Assembly (NCBI RefSeq): GCF_009834535.1
Contig: NC_045698.1
Span: 14,696,001 to 14,760,000, forward strand
Reading direction: 5' to 3'
Length of the DNA stretch: 64,000 nt
Source of the DNA: Camelus ferus
Taxonomy: Eukaryota
Made by a program: the position numbers and the translations under genes. Positions within the stretch are counted from its first letter, which is position 1, and each line of letters starts with the position of its first letter. Of this stretch, positions 40,285 to 54,042 are shown in pieces. The notes below the pieces were generated by a model. It had not been told where the DNA came from. It searched no databases and saw only the letters and a list, made by a program, of their open reading frames with translations.

Positions 40285-40760
40285 TATCACTCTTTCCAAA
40301 CTCCTTTTCCAGGTCTCTCTATATTATAGAGTCTTGAAAGCTAAAAACCTGCCTTTTTTAGGCTTGCTTTCACATGAGTCATTGGTGTATGTCTTTGTAT
40401 ATGCCAATCAAGTGTGTCTTCATGAGACTTGAAGGTGGAAATGAGCCAAGTGAGATGGCTGTTGACTACAGCTATCTGCTGGCAAACGTGGCAGGGGATG
40501 TATCTCTTAGGAGGACAGCAGAAGCGGACACCTTGGGTCTATTGCCTGTGGTTTTAGGTGACAAGTACAGCAGTGTTTCCATTAGGATAATGCCTGTGTA
40601 TGGTTGTTTATAAACTTTCCTCACTTTCCTTCCCTGGGTATGTAGTTTCTGAGTCTGTAGAAGCCCAATCTGGTTCTCTCCTCTCCTAGTGAATCTGGGA
40701 CAAAACTAGTATTTTTAATAAAGTCTGTATTGCTAGAATAGTTAGACTAGTTCAATTATT
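40285..40760 (+). mobile_element. Ancient ERVL-type LTR (LTR33-like, uncertain)
   Basis: ttatagagtcttgaaagctaaaaacc...ttttaataaagtctgtattgctagaatagttagactag. Confidence 0.4.
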
Positions 40761-43700
40761 TGCAACTAAGGATCCTATAGGAATAAACATACATAAGATA
40801 AACCATAAAAACACAATATAACTGTTTTCTGGTGTATTTTGAAATAGAAAGTGAGTATGGCATTCTGAATGCCAAAAATCCTGGCATAATACTAAAATGC
40901 CATTTATCTTCCCCACTCCCTAAGTAAGACCCAATTGAACAAGAAAAACATCCATAGCTTCTCTAATGGGTTACAGCATTTTTAGCCAAGTTTCAGAGAT
41001 TTTCACTACATCAAAATTAAAAGGAAAAAAAAAAAAGTGAGTTTCCTATTCCCAGGTATTCCCTCCTATAAGAAACAGTTGGGAAAGTGAGAGATAGCAA
41101 ATGATTACAAAAGACCTGTTAAATGTTTCCATGTAGAGGACACAACAATTTCCCCAAAACATAATTTTTAAGCTTTGAGTAGAAAAGGGGTAAAAGTTGT
41201 CCATACAATCTCTTTGCATTAGGAATGTGTAAACTCTTGACTATTCTAGGTTCAAATGGAGAGCTGAAATGAAACAGAATCAGATAGGGAATCTCCTGCA
41301 AAGTGGAAGAATATAAGCCAGGTGTTCCTTCCACATAATGGCCTGATCTCTTCTTAGAGCTTCTCTCTACATAGCTGGAGTCTGGTATCAGATGGATGTG
41401 AACTGATACTGTGAGAAAAGGTACATAAACAGGGGGTGCTTATGGTGCTAAAAGACAGAGTGCAGTTAGACCAGATTATTCCAGAGAGGAGCATTGTATA
41501 AAGGCTGCAGCTAGCACCAGCTTCAAACGCAGCTGAAGCATCTGGTTACTGGTTTGCATACATTTTATGGCGAGTTCTGTTATGTTACGCATCTTCAGTG
41601 GCATTGCTTCTATTTCTGTGGTCTGTGCTTTTATCAAAATACTTCAACACAGACTGCTCTTTCTGCTCTGGCTTTTCTGACTCTCCGGAAGAAAGAAACA
41701 TCTTGATGTTGAAACAGATTGATTTGTAGCATTGTACACGGGTAACAGCAACGTCATGGGCTTCAGCGAGACTGTTAAATGTCTATGGGGATGCTTATTG
41801 ACTCCGTGTCATTATACTAAAAAAGAAAAGTGGATAATCTTTCCCCAAAAGAACATGTTTACTCAGATTCTTTTAGTTTAGTTTGCTTTCTAGAAAAGAT
41901 TACAGTAATTCTGCAGTGAAAAGGTTTTTCTACCATGGGAAGTACCCTGCATTGAAATAAATAACGGTGCTGCCTACCTAATCTAATACATAGTTAAGAA
42001 GTTTCATAGAACTTGGATGGTTCTATTGCCATCATATTCATTTCATTAGGAGTATCTGGGAGTTGACTCTACGTTACCATTTTCTCTTGAATTATACATG
42101 TGGAAGGAAGAAATCACAAGCTCTCAAGATGTGAAAAAGGGAAAAGGGAGACCAGAAGTTTAGAGTGGTGGCTGGGAGTTGAGAGTGAAAAGAAAGTAAG
42201 GAGAAAGATCAATACCATCACAAGAAAAGGGAACATATCAGCGATATGAACAAAGCTATCTGCCAAACTAGAAAGAAAGCAAGGAGCCCAGTGTGGATTT
42301 AGGGAAGAAATAGTCCAGGCTTGCTAGGGAAACAGCCTGAGGAGAGAGATGTACTGAGAGAACACAAAGGCAAATCTCGCATAGCCTCATAGCTAAGAGA
42401 CAGATCAAGAAACATAAAATGTGTCGTTCCTATGAATTACAATTATATAGGTATGTATGTATCTACACATACTTGTCTGTATGTGTATATATATATGTAT
42501 TTTACATAATATATATGTATACACACACAGAAATGGAGTTAGTTATGATTTTAAGTAAGTGCTTCATTTACAGGGGATAAAAACAAGAATACAATTACAA
42601 GTAGAAATGTCACTGTCAACAGTTTTAAAGCTACAGTTAGGTGTTTAAACCTGTGTTTGGTAGAGAGAACAGTGGATATATTCACCTGCCTGGAGCCAAC
42701 ACTTATACTGGGAAGATATTTTTAGGGAACGATAGAAAGGCGCTAGTTCGTGAATTAATTCTAGAAGAGGTCAACGCTTTGTCTCACTTGGACTTAAGGT
42801 TTATGGGCTAAGACTGTGCATCATGCCAGATGCTCATCCTACCAGAGACTCTGGGGAGATGAGCAACAAATGTAACAATTTTAAAATAAAGGAAGTAAGG
42901 GGGAAAAAAGTTGAGTCTGAGGAATGAAACAAAACAACCACCCAACCAACAATTAGAAGAAACCACATGAGGCAATGGGGTTGGGATTACTAGGGCGTTT
43001 TTGGTGCACAGAAGGCTTTGTCTGTCCACAAGTTACAACTGCATTTTTTAACTGAGAAGAATAATGGAAATTCAGAGAGATATAAAATTGCTCACTAGAA
43101 ATTTGAGCCTTAATTGTCAAAACATTTTGTTTGCATAACTCTTTGGGAAAGGGAGGAAGGAGTTACAGCTGAAGAATAAAATTGTATCTTTAATTATGGG
43201 TGTTTTTCACAGCAGTCTCTCTCTTTTTTCAATTATTTTACCTCTACGGACCTGTAATAATTCAAAACATATTCTTACCTGAGTCTGGAATATAGTTAAG
43301 ATTTTTGCACTCAATTTAGTTAAGACATTTATTAAGTAAGTGAAATATTAATATTAAAATATTTATTGAAAATAAGCATCATTTTATATTACATAAGAAG
43401 AAATCAAGGATTGTGTCAAAAAAAAGTTTCAGTCACAGTTGTCTTTAAGTCTGTTGTCAGAAATCTAGGCTTCTAGGGTGTAAGAGGCCAGACTATTTAA
43501 ATTTATCGCCATTGTTACCACTGGCATATTGTAATGACTCCATCCTTTTCGTAATTATGTAAGTCATTTTCATTCTACTGTCCTGTTTCAGCTAAAAGGG
43601 TATCACTCCACAGAGTGCCCTTTCTATGAGTGCCCACCCTCCAGACCAAAGTTAGTTCCTGATTTCAACATTGGACATTCCATATTTGTGATACTATCTT

Positions 43701-43889
43701 TAATTTTATATAAAATTACTGGTAAGAGAAGCAGAGGAAACTACTGTGACCCAATTCTAAGTTATTCCTAAAAATTAGAAATTATCTTGTCAAATTATGA
43801 GTCCTTGCTCTATTCTTCTTGATAGAAAATGTTACAGAAAATAGCAGAAGTCATTTAGTTCCACTTTTCCTACATCCACTTTTAAGAGC

Positions 43890-44153
43890 TGACACTGAGA
43901 ACTCAGGAGGCAATGAGGGAGCCTGAGGTGGCTGTGAGCTCTCACTGGAGACTGTACTTGAGGCGATGGCTTGGGCCATTTCAGAGAGTTACTCAGTTTT
44001 CCTCGGTCTCTCCCTTGAAAATGAGGTATTCATGTTAAAAGGAAAAAAAAAAAAAAGTCTGCTTTTCTCCTATTAATCTGTCTTTTTTTACAGGGAGGTC
44101 TCAGCTAAGAACCTAGGAGAGTAGAGGGAAGATTATTATTTTTTTCCCTTACA
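43890..44153 (+). mobile_element. ERV1 LTR 3' part (MER34/39-like)
   Basis: ttttctcctattaatctgtctttttttacagggaggtctcagctaagaacctagg...tttttcccttaca. Confidence 0.6.
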
Positions 44154-44189
44154 TTAGCTATGTCTTTTGTTCTGTATTTTTTAAAGGTA

Positions 44190-45260
44190 TCCAAATTGAA
44201 TGAGTGGCATTGGTTCAAGGATAGATCAACAATAGAATGGAGAAATGATTCTCTAGGGAAAGAATAGTCTTTACAATGAATATTGCTAGGTCAATATTGG
44301 GAAACCCATATAAAAATGACACAGCACAGAACAATTCAGTTATGATGAATTATAAATATAGATGTTAAAGTTAAAATAATAATGGCTTCATATTAAAACA
44401 TACTAGAGTATTTTCATAATTTTGGGATATGCAAAGAATTCTAAAAAATTTACAACAACAAAAGAACTAATAAAACTTTAAGAAATTATGAAATGGACTT
44501 CATTAAAACTAAGAATTCCTCATCAAGTGATAATATTAAGAATGTTAAAAGGAAAGCCACAGATTGAAAAACAAAGTCAAAACCCAGTAAGATACTAGTA
44601 CACTTCACCAGAATGTCTACAGTTAAAAGTCTGACAACACTCAATGTTAGTCAGAATATTAAACAAACAGAATTTGTTACATGGCTTGGGAATGTAAATT
44701 GGCACAGGCATTTTGGAAAACATTTTGTCAGTGTCATCTAAAGTTAAGCATATTTATACTCTAGGAACCAGAAATTCTTCAAGCAAAAAGAGATGACTGT
44801 TGATGTCTACCAAAATGTGCAGAAATGTTCATAGCAGCATTATGTTTAAGGGCCAAAACTGGAAATAACTCAAAATGTCCATCAGCAAGTGAATGTATTG
44901 TGACAAATTTGTACAGTGGAATATGGTATAGCAATAAAAAAGACAAACCACAACTACCCTTAACAACATAAATCACATAGGTAGAATGCTGAACAAATAA
45001 GCCATTTACAAAAGGTTACAGGACTAATCTACGCTAGGAATCAGACTAGTGGTTATATTTGGACTGATATGGACTCCAGAGAGTCATAAAAGAGTCTTCT
45101 GAGATACTTGAAATGATTTATATCTTCTCCTGAGGGAAGAATATAAGGGGATACACATAGGTAAAATTCCAAGAAGCTATATAGAGGATATATAGGGTTA
45201 AAGCTAGCCATTTACTTTTGTAACATACATCTCAATTGAAAAAATAAAAATAAAAAAAAC
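44190..45260 (+). mobile_element. Old L1 (L1ME-like) ORF2 end/3'UTR
   Basis: tggacttcattaaaactaagaa...gggaatgtaaattggcacaggcattttggaaaac...gttcatagcagcattat...ccaaaactggaaataactcaaaatgtccatc; A-rich tail. Confidence 0.75.
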
Positions 45261-45680
45261 ATGGAAAAACAAGAAACACATTTTGTTTTGTAGAGCTTTT
45301 CTTAGAACTGTAATTACTTAATAAATTGAGAAATGATAGCTCTCTGATTTGTTCAAAGCTTTACCAAGTATTATTTACCATAGTGCTACCATGATGTTTG
45401 AGATTCCAGTACAACATACTTGGATCAGCTTTTCACTATCACAATCCTAGTGATTTTTCACTGGGTGCAGGAATATCCCTCCTTTATTGTATTTTATATG
45501 TCTGTTGTTGTCTACAGTGAGAAATGAAATGTATTTATACATTAAATACATTATTTTGTTATTACTTATTTTCCTTATATTTCTCTTTTATAGTTTATGC
45601 ATCATGTTAATTTTTGAAATTGGGCACAGATAAGTTATACTATCTATAAATGTGATATTAGGATAGTTAAGGGGGCTTTT

Positions 45681-45902
45681 ACTTTTTTTAAATTGAAGTA
45701 CAGTCAGTTACAATGTATCAATTTCTGGTGCACAGCACAATGTTCCAGTCATGTATATGTATATACATATATTCACTTCTGTATTCTTTTTCATTAAAGG
45801 TTATTACAAGATATTGAATATGGTTCCCTGTGTTATACAGAAGAGACTTTTTTTTTAATCTATTTTCATATATAGTGGCTAACATTTGCAAATCTCAAAA
45901 TC
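45681..45902 (-). mobile_element. Young 5'-truncated L1 3'UTR (camelid-type)
   Basis: tttttaaattgaagtacagtcagttacaatg...gttattacaagatattgaata...ctaacatttgcaaatctcaaa. Perfect 14-bp TSD ttaagggggctttt (45667-45680, 45903-45916). Confidence 0.92.
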
Positions 45903-46009
45903 TTAAGGGGGCTTTTTCAATGTTTTCTACAAGAAAAGGTAGTGTAGGGTAGAATAGGGATGACAGCCCACTGAGAAGTCCCTGGATAGAGCAGATAATA
46001 AATGTCCAG

Positions 46010-46072
46010 TATAAACATAAATTTATATATATACATTTATTTTATATATAATATATATATTTATATATATAA
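46010..46072. repeat. (TA)n-rich low-complexity tract
   Basis: atttatatatatacatttattttatatataatatatatatttatatatat. Confidence 0.8.
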
Positions 46073-49000
46073 TCAATTGTTCAATCCCAGATAATTCAAA
46101 TAATCACAGATGTTATTGAGTGCTTTGAAATAAACTGGTCAGTACCAGAGAGGCCACTTAGACAAGATGTTCAGAGAAGGCCTCTCTAAAGATATGGCAT
46201 TTGAGATAAGATACAATGTTTGAGAATGAGTGTGCCATGCAGAGCAAAGGAGCAGAGTGAATTCAGTAGCCAATGGGCCAGAAAGAATTGGTATTTTCTA
46301 GTAACAGCAAGAAGACAATGTGATGGCCAGCTGCTCGGGGCAGCCGTGGCTAATCTAATGGTATAGCTACCTCTTCAGCAGCTGCTCCTAGAGCTAAACA
46401 AACTGCCCTCTCAAGGATGCTCTGGCATCTGACATCATGGTCATCAGCTCTCCCAGTGATCTACCCACATTCCGTGGTGTCTCGCTCCTATTTTACCCCC
46501 GATTGACCTCAATCATCAATTTTACTTAAAGGATTTCTCTGCATCTTTGAGGAACACCTTCCCTTGTCTTCCACCTCTAGTGGCCTTATTAAGCTCTTCT
46601 GCCATTTTCACAAGGAGAGTACTTGGAATAAATTTTTCCCATCTGGTTGTGAGCAGCCATGCTAGGAAAATAACTTTTTTGAAAAAATATACCTTTTGTA
46701 CAACCTAGCTAGAAATGAGTTTTATGTCATTACACATGGCATGAATTTTTTTTTTAAAGAGGATTTGTTGAGGAAATAAACATAAGTCCAGGGTCAAGAA
46801 ATGAAGAGATATCAAGATTCCCCCACCATTCCTTATAGACAAGGTGGCTGATGGAGTCCAGGGAACTCTGTTCTGGGAAGGAATCCCTCCCATTTTTCAC
46901 TCTTCTTATTTTATTATGAGAAGCATCTTTTAATAAACAAATAGACTGCCTATGGGCAGGACTACCTAGATTTGGGACACTGTTTATATCAAGTGTGTGT
47001 GAATCACACCTGCCCATCAACTAGAGCCACAGGGGCCAATGAGAGGTTCAGAACCCTTTCTGCCTGTTAGAGGGAAATATCCATTGGTTCCCAGAAATCT
47101 GAGTTTGGATGCAGCCCCTCTTGTAGACAGGGAAAGTCTTCTCCCCTCCCCTACTCTCATTGTCTCCATCCTCCCATTTGCTTTATTTCCTAACAATGTA
47201 GAAGGGGATCCCTGGGGCCAACTCCAGACCATCTCCCTGTTGTATCACAAAGAGGACTACACGTAGAGAAAGACATACTGAGGTTTCCTCTGAAACTCAC
47301 TAACATTTCATATCCTTCCCTCAAGCGGTAGCGTTTTTCCCCAGAACAGTGCACATAGTACAAGGCTACACATGCAGTTCTTGAAACACAGAAAACTTTC
47401 ACATATAACGTAAATTTTAAAACATTGGATATTTAGAAATTGTGCTGACTTTGAGATATTGCTTATCTCTGAGAGAGAGGGACAGTAAAGGAACACAAAG
47501 GGACTTTCACTGGACTCATCCTGATTCACTGTTACAGATAAAGAAATGAAGCGAGCCTGATAGAACATTACCATTTGTTAAACTATGGCAGTGAGTGCTT
47601 GTGATATTATTCTAAGAATGTATTTTTCAATATGTTTAAAATATTGCCATATACTAAAAAGAGCTAAGTGATGTAAGTTCAAGAGTTCCTGAATGGCATC
47701 AAAATATTAAAATATATTGTAATCATACATGGGCCACTTTTACTCATTTTCAATACCTTCCTCAGATGAAATAAATATGTCAGAAAATGCTTGAAGAATA
47801 TGTAAACCATAATTTTAATCTGTCTAATCTTCGGTAAGCATTTATGCCCAAATCACATTAAGTCCATTTCAGTGTCTTTTTGTTTCACCTCGCTACATGA
47901 TAAAATTCCTGCCACACAATTAAAACAGAACAAAGAAACAAAAAATACTTCAGGGAAAAGTCTCAGAAATTTGGAGGAATGGCTGGGATGGAGACAATTA
48001 AGTAAGAGTACAGATTCATTCTCTAAACTAAATGTTATTTGGCAAAGATAAGAAATCTATTTTGACAAAAAAAAATGTGTAGAGAGGATGTGAAAGATTC
48101 AATTTTTGGTGTGAATATATAATTTTTAAAAACATATACCCATATATTGCTTTTAGCAGGTAAAAATGTACTTCTATTGATCTAAATCAATGTGTCACCT
48201 TTCATTTAGAGAAAGGAAAAATATGCCAAACAATGTTATAGGTAACGCTGAAGTTCTGATCATGAGCTGCCTTAAACTATTATACAGAAAATATTCTTGA
48301 ATCTCATTAAAATGCTGTCTTATAGCATTGTATGGTTAATTTGTTTATGTATAGTAAATTTGTTTCTTTGAATATTAAAACTAGCAGATCTTCTTTGAGC
48401 AACAATCTAAGGGCTGGGGATAAAACAGTGAAACAAGAAACAAAGAAACAAACACCCTGTCTATCCTCAAGGATCTTACAGTCCATGAGGAAGAAATACA
48501 TATTGAAATGCAATAAACAAATAAATAAAGCTATGTTATATGGTAATAAAAACTAATGATTAAAATAAATATGAAAAATAAAATAGAGAACACTGGGTTG
48601 GGGTGGGGGTTTCAATGTAAAAGAAGTTGGTCAAAGAGAGTCTTGGTTAGTGACCTGATAACCAGCTCGAAGACCTTACAGTTCCTTCCTCTTAATCTCA
48701 TCCAGAGGAGCACACAGTGCATACCAATTTTCCATATCACTCCAAGGATATTTAGATAAATATAGATAGACATCAGGCTACACATTAATAAAAATAGAAA
48801 TATAGTTGTTCTAGAAAATGGAAAAGGGCATTGAGAAGAGACGTAGAGACAAACAGATTATACTTATATTATATATATTTAAAGGCTGTTATAGGGAGGT
48901 ATCGATAGAGGTGTCATTATTCATATAATAGACCCCAGAGGAAAGAAAAATAAACAGTAGTAAAATAATGACAGGACATCTCACAGAAATTAAGAATATA

Positions 49001-49673
49001 GCATCACACTAAAATGATTGATAGGCAGTAAAATAGCACATTAAAGAAAAAGAATGCATAAATCTAGGCATATTGCAGAAAAATGTAGAAATATGGATGA
49101 CAAAATAAATTTTAAAAGCATCCAAGGAGAAGAATTGATAATGCACAAAAGAACAAAGCTGGTTGTTAACGCAATATTATAGTAATAAGGCTGTATGCAG
49201 GAAGTCAGCTGATAGGTTCAAATCGTTGAACAAGAGAACTTTATGAACAGAATATACCTTTTTTTTAAACACAGGGGTGTATTAAAAATAAACACACACA
49301 TGCAGGTCATCAGAAGATGCTCTGCCAAGATCTACCTTGAGCGGAGTTAGGATTCTAGTGCTGAAACATTGTATTATCATGTTACAGAATGTCTACTGTC
49401 ACTCTGTGGGGATGATGAGGTTTTTCTCTTTATAAGTATAATGTTAATGGATTCTTATTATTGAACTACATTTGCAGTTTTAGAATATGATCTACATATT
49501 GTATAAGGATTTATAAGCAACAACATCAACTGCCAAAGAATGACACCAGTGAAAAAACACACTCATAGCCTTCCTGAACAAAACTCATGTGACGGAATTA
49601 TGGTGCAGTTGGTACAAGAGAACAAAGGAGTGTGATTAGGAACTAAGCGTTGTGTATTTTGAAATTAATAAAC

Positions 49674-49675
49674 GA

Positions 49676-49705
<30 letters not shown>
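49674..49705. repeat. (AAT)n microsatellite
   Basis: aaataataataataataataataataataaat. Confidence 0.9.
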
Positions 49706-49706
<1 letters not shown>

Positions 49707-49843
49707 TATAACTTTCAAATTAGCACTAACAAAATGTAATTTCAGAAAGGAGGCAGCAATGCATTTCAAAGAAGAAATAAGATACAGCCTTCATTCATCT
49801 TTCTTTATGTAATAACATTCAAATTCAGTTAAAAACACAGCAA

Positions 49844-49845
<2 letters not shown>

Positions 49846-49878
<33 letters not shown>
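49846..49878. repeat. (CA)n microsatellite
   Basis: Uninterrupted acacac run. Confidence 0.9.
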
Positions 49879-49881
<3 letters not shown>

Positions 49882-52800
49882 CACCCATTTTCAGAAGAAA
49901 CATAAGCTAAAATACCTACAAGCAACTATTTAGTTAAATAATATTAACAAAATTACAAAATTAGACTATAACTATGTATCAGATTTGTTAGAGCAGCTAT
50001 ACCATCTGATGAAAACAAATCAAGAGAATTCAAAAACAAACGGACTCTTTTATTTAAACTCTGAATGCATTTAGTTATAGCCACTTTCTTCTTCTTCTCC
50101 TTTGAAAAAGGTCTATAAAATAAAACTACATTAACTGACAAGGACAAGATACATAGGAAGAGGATACAATGGAAAACAAGTGATAGCAACAAAGTTTTAG
50201 AAGCTGGAAAGAAGATAAATGAGGGTTAAATGATTCGGCAGGGCAGAGATAACTCATTTTGTATTTCTGTTTGTGTAAAATCATCAAATCTTGCAAAGGC
50301 TCAGGAACTAAAGGTATCATATATGCCTGGAGGCAAGACTCTCTGGGGGGCGACAACAGGTGATTTTGCTGAAAATTTATCTATGGAGCCCCTAGACATT
50401 GGAATCTTCAGTCCTACAGTGAACAGCCACCCAGATAGCTGCACCTCTGCTGTGGAAACATGGGAAGCTAAAAGTCAGAAAAAGTGGTTCAGACACTGTG
50501 ATTTCAGAGATAGGAGGCACATTGAACGTGTTTTAGATGTTCAATTGAAAGCAAGAAGATTAATTAGAATTGTAAAGCTCTTCTCCCTAAGCCACTAATA
50601 TCAGCAGCCAGACTTGCACAACACAGGTGGGAGATAAGAAGTTTTCTCTCTGGGGAAGCTGAACAACCTCTTGTTAAGTAGGATAATGGCCTCCTCAGAA
50701 TGCCCTGGCCCTAATCCCTGGAACCTGGTAACATGTTATATACCACATGCAAAAGTGGATTTGGCAAATTCAATTAAGGTATGGACCTTAAAACAAAACA
50801 AAACAAAAAAAAAAGGAGATTGTTATGGATGGGCACAATCTAATCATGTGATTCCTCAAAAGCATAGAACATTCTTGGCAGAAGCAAGAGAGATGAAGCA
50901 GAAGGTGAAATCAAAGAGATTTAAAAACAATTAAATTAGATTCAACCATGTGATTAGAAGTGATCGAATGAAAGCCAGGTACCAGGGATATCATTTTATG
51001 GGGAGGTCCACTATTGGACAGTTTCCATCTGAAACATTAAACTTCAGATCAATTATTTTGTGTTTCTCTCTTGATTACTAATGGACAGCCAAACAAAATC
51101 AAACATTTGAAGAAATTCTCTAAATAAAAGTCAAAGACTAAAACTAACAAAAGCAAAATAACTTACTGAGTGATCCCAGAGAAGCTTTGACTAGAAAGGA
51201 GAAAAAAAAAAAAAAACTACAAATAACATCTCCACAATGATGTAAGATGGCATTTCATCTCAGCAACAAGGTAGAGATGCTACAAGATAGAAATACTCAG
51301 ATGAAAACAAAGTGGTTGAAAATTTAAAATATTGTAGACACTGAAAATAGATGAACATATTATATTATAAAAGATAATAAGGAAGTGTGAATTTAAAAAA
51401 AAAAGAATAAAAATGCAGGCATAGAAATTCATCAGGGAAGATACATAAACAAATTTTCAAAAATGAGGAAAATAATCACTAGATTGATAGGGCTCACTAC
51501 AAATATCACACAATCAGTGATAACTAACTCACACAGAATCCTGGACTTTTCAAATGGTGGAGATAAATCGAATTCCAAAAACCCTCCATGGTTGGGAGAT
51601 GAAAACAGGACCGTGTGGTAGGCAAACTTCTAAGATGGCCCCCGTGTTCTCCATTCCCTGGTATTACACTTACGGTTGGGTTACGTTATACAGCAGACGT
51701 GATAAATGCCAAGCCTCTGATTGGGATATATTCCCAAATCAATCCGCTTTGTTAATCATGAGAATGGGTTTCCAAGTGTGCTCTTCCCCACTCGGGTTTC
51801 TAGCTTAGAGAGCAGCCAGATCAACATGGTAATTGCTTCCCTGTGACGCCCTGAGCCGAGGACAAGCTAGGCCAGCCTGGACTCCTGACACCAAAACCAA
51901 AGATAGTCAAATGTACGTTGTTTAAAGTCAAGTTTGCAGTAATGCTCAGCTTAAACTAATGCAATCATGAATCAGAATAGCACTGGGTACCTTAACATAA
52001 ATACTTGAAGGTACAATAAAATGGGAAAAAAAAAAGATTTCAATTTTCATGTTTCTATAGGTGTTTCAAGATTCCATGGGTAGCAACTGGGGTCTATATT
52101 AGGGAACAAAAAGTGTAGGGTATTTTTATGTAGTGGAATGTCACGAGGCTAAACTATGCAGAAGTGTCTGCATGAAAACTCGTATCATATCATAGATAAT
52201 TCTCCACTCTGCCATCTAAATATTTAGTGGAATGGGCTACAGAGATGAAGTTGAGGTACAACTAGCCAGTGTGACACTAGGGCTGCCCTACCAGTGGGAG
52301 GCAGCATCAAGATAATTTAGAAAACAATACTAGGCTTGGTGAGAGAAAACACGTTTAAGAATAAATGTTTCAACCCAAAATCAGGTCTTAGAAGTTATGA
52401 GTGGTGATGGTATGTTAGGAAAGGCCATGTATGTCTCTAAGAATGAGTACTGTGGAAAATTCTGGTGCTCGTAATTTTTTGGTTCTATTGTTGTTGCACA
52501 AATCTAAGAGGATTAAACTTTTCTGCTTCCACTGCTAACGTTAAGGATTGCTAAATTCTAGCCAAGAGATTGTGAGCAGAAGTGACCTATGTCAGATCTG
52601 GGCTGAAGCATTTAAGGGAGATCCTCCTGCTCTCCTTCTCCCCCCATGTTAACTGGAGAAGCCGTGTGCTCCATAATGTGCAGCTGCAGGAGAGTAGACC
52701 TTCATTAGCCTGGACAACTGAGTTATCACGTGGAAAACTTTGGACCTAGAAGGTTATTGGGAACTTCAGAGCTTTTTATGAGCAAGAAATAAACTTGTAG

Positions 52801-53049
52801 TGTGTTAAGCCATTGTCATTCTGAGCTTGTTTATACTACAATAATTCTAACCTGTGCTGGAAGATTATAGAGAGTTTCAGACACTTTTCTCAAGATGAGT
52901 GTAGGAGAGATTTAAACGTAAAATTGGTATGAAGCTGGTGGGTTAAAATAAGTAAGGCAAGCCTATGAACTCAGAATGGCAGAGGGATAGTGGATTAATT
53001 CAGGTCCTGAGTGTGATTTGTGTGCCCAACACAACTTCTTTCTAATATG

Positions 53050-53790
53050 TCAGGTCTTCACCCCACAGAATTTGTGAATATGATGCATTACATAGGAAAG
53101 AGGATCAAGGTGACCGATGAAATCAGGTTACTAATTTGCTGATTTTAAAATAGAGGTTTTCCCCGGGATTATCTCGGTGGGATCAATGTCATCACAGGAT
53201 CCTTAATAGTAAGAAAGAGGTAGGAGAGAAAGTAAGAGTAACCTGATGTGAGCATAACTCCACCTGCCATTGCCGGCTTTGAAAACAGAGGAAGGGGCCA
53301 TGAGCTATGGAATGCAGGTGGCCTCCAGCAGCTGAAAAAGACATTGGAAATGGATTCTATTCTAGAATTGCTCTAAGGGAATGCAGACTAACTGACATCT
53401 TCCTTTTAGACCAGTGATATCCCTGTTGGACTTGTAACCTACAGAACTGTAGAATTATAAATTAGTGGGATTTTTTTAAGACACTAAATATGTGGTATTT
53501 ATTATGGCAGCAACAGGAAATAAATTCAGGCAGTGATGTAACAAGCTCTGCAGGCTGACAGAGGGAACACTGGCGGTGCTACCACATGCCACTGGGACAG
53601 GCCGCTAGGAACCAAAGGTGACAATGCATCTGACAGCCAGCAAGAAAAGGGACACTTCAGTCTTGCAACCACAAAGAACTGCAATTGGCCAACGACCTTA
53701 ATAAACATGGAAGCTGATTCTTCCCAAAAGCCTCTAGAAAGGGATGAAGCCCTGCCAACACCTAGGTTTCAGTCTTGTAAAACCTAAACT
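53050..53790 (+). mobile_element. MaLR LTRs (MLT1D-like followed by an MLT1E-like fragment)
   Basis: gggattatctcggtgggatcaatgtcatcacaggatcctta...ggaaggggccatgagc..ggaatgcaggtggcct...ttattatggcagcaacaggaaataaattca; then ctgacagccagcaagaaaaggggac. Confidence 0.75.
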
Positions 53791-53799
53791 AGACTTTAA

Positions 53800-54042
53800 A
53801 CACTTCTTATACTTAAAACACTTCTTGCACTGCCCCACTTTTTCTTTTGTTCATAGAACTTATTTTTAGGTAATTATTGTATTTTTATCTCTAGTGTTTT
53901 TTGCCAATCTCCTCCAACTTGGATGTAAGTTCCATAAGGGAAGTGATAGTCTCAATCATAATTACTGACATATTTTGACCATCTAAAATAGTTGGCTATG
54001 ATGAGTATGCACTTATGTATTGAGTGAATGAATGAATGAATG
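53800..54042 (+). mobile_element. L2 3' end
   Basis: ttggatgtaagttccataaggg...tattgagtgaatgaatgaatgaatg, the (TGAA)n terminus. Confidence 0.7.

Noticed and set aside
41726..41748. tagcattgtacacggg resembling miR-103/107
   Set aside because: The seed region mismatches and there is no complementary 5' arm upstream to form a hairpin
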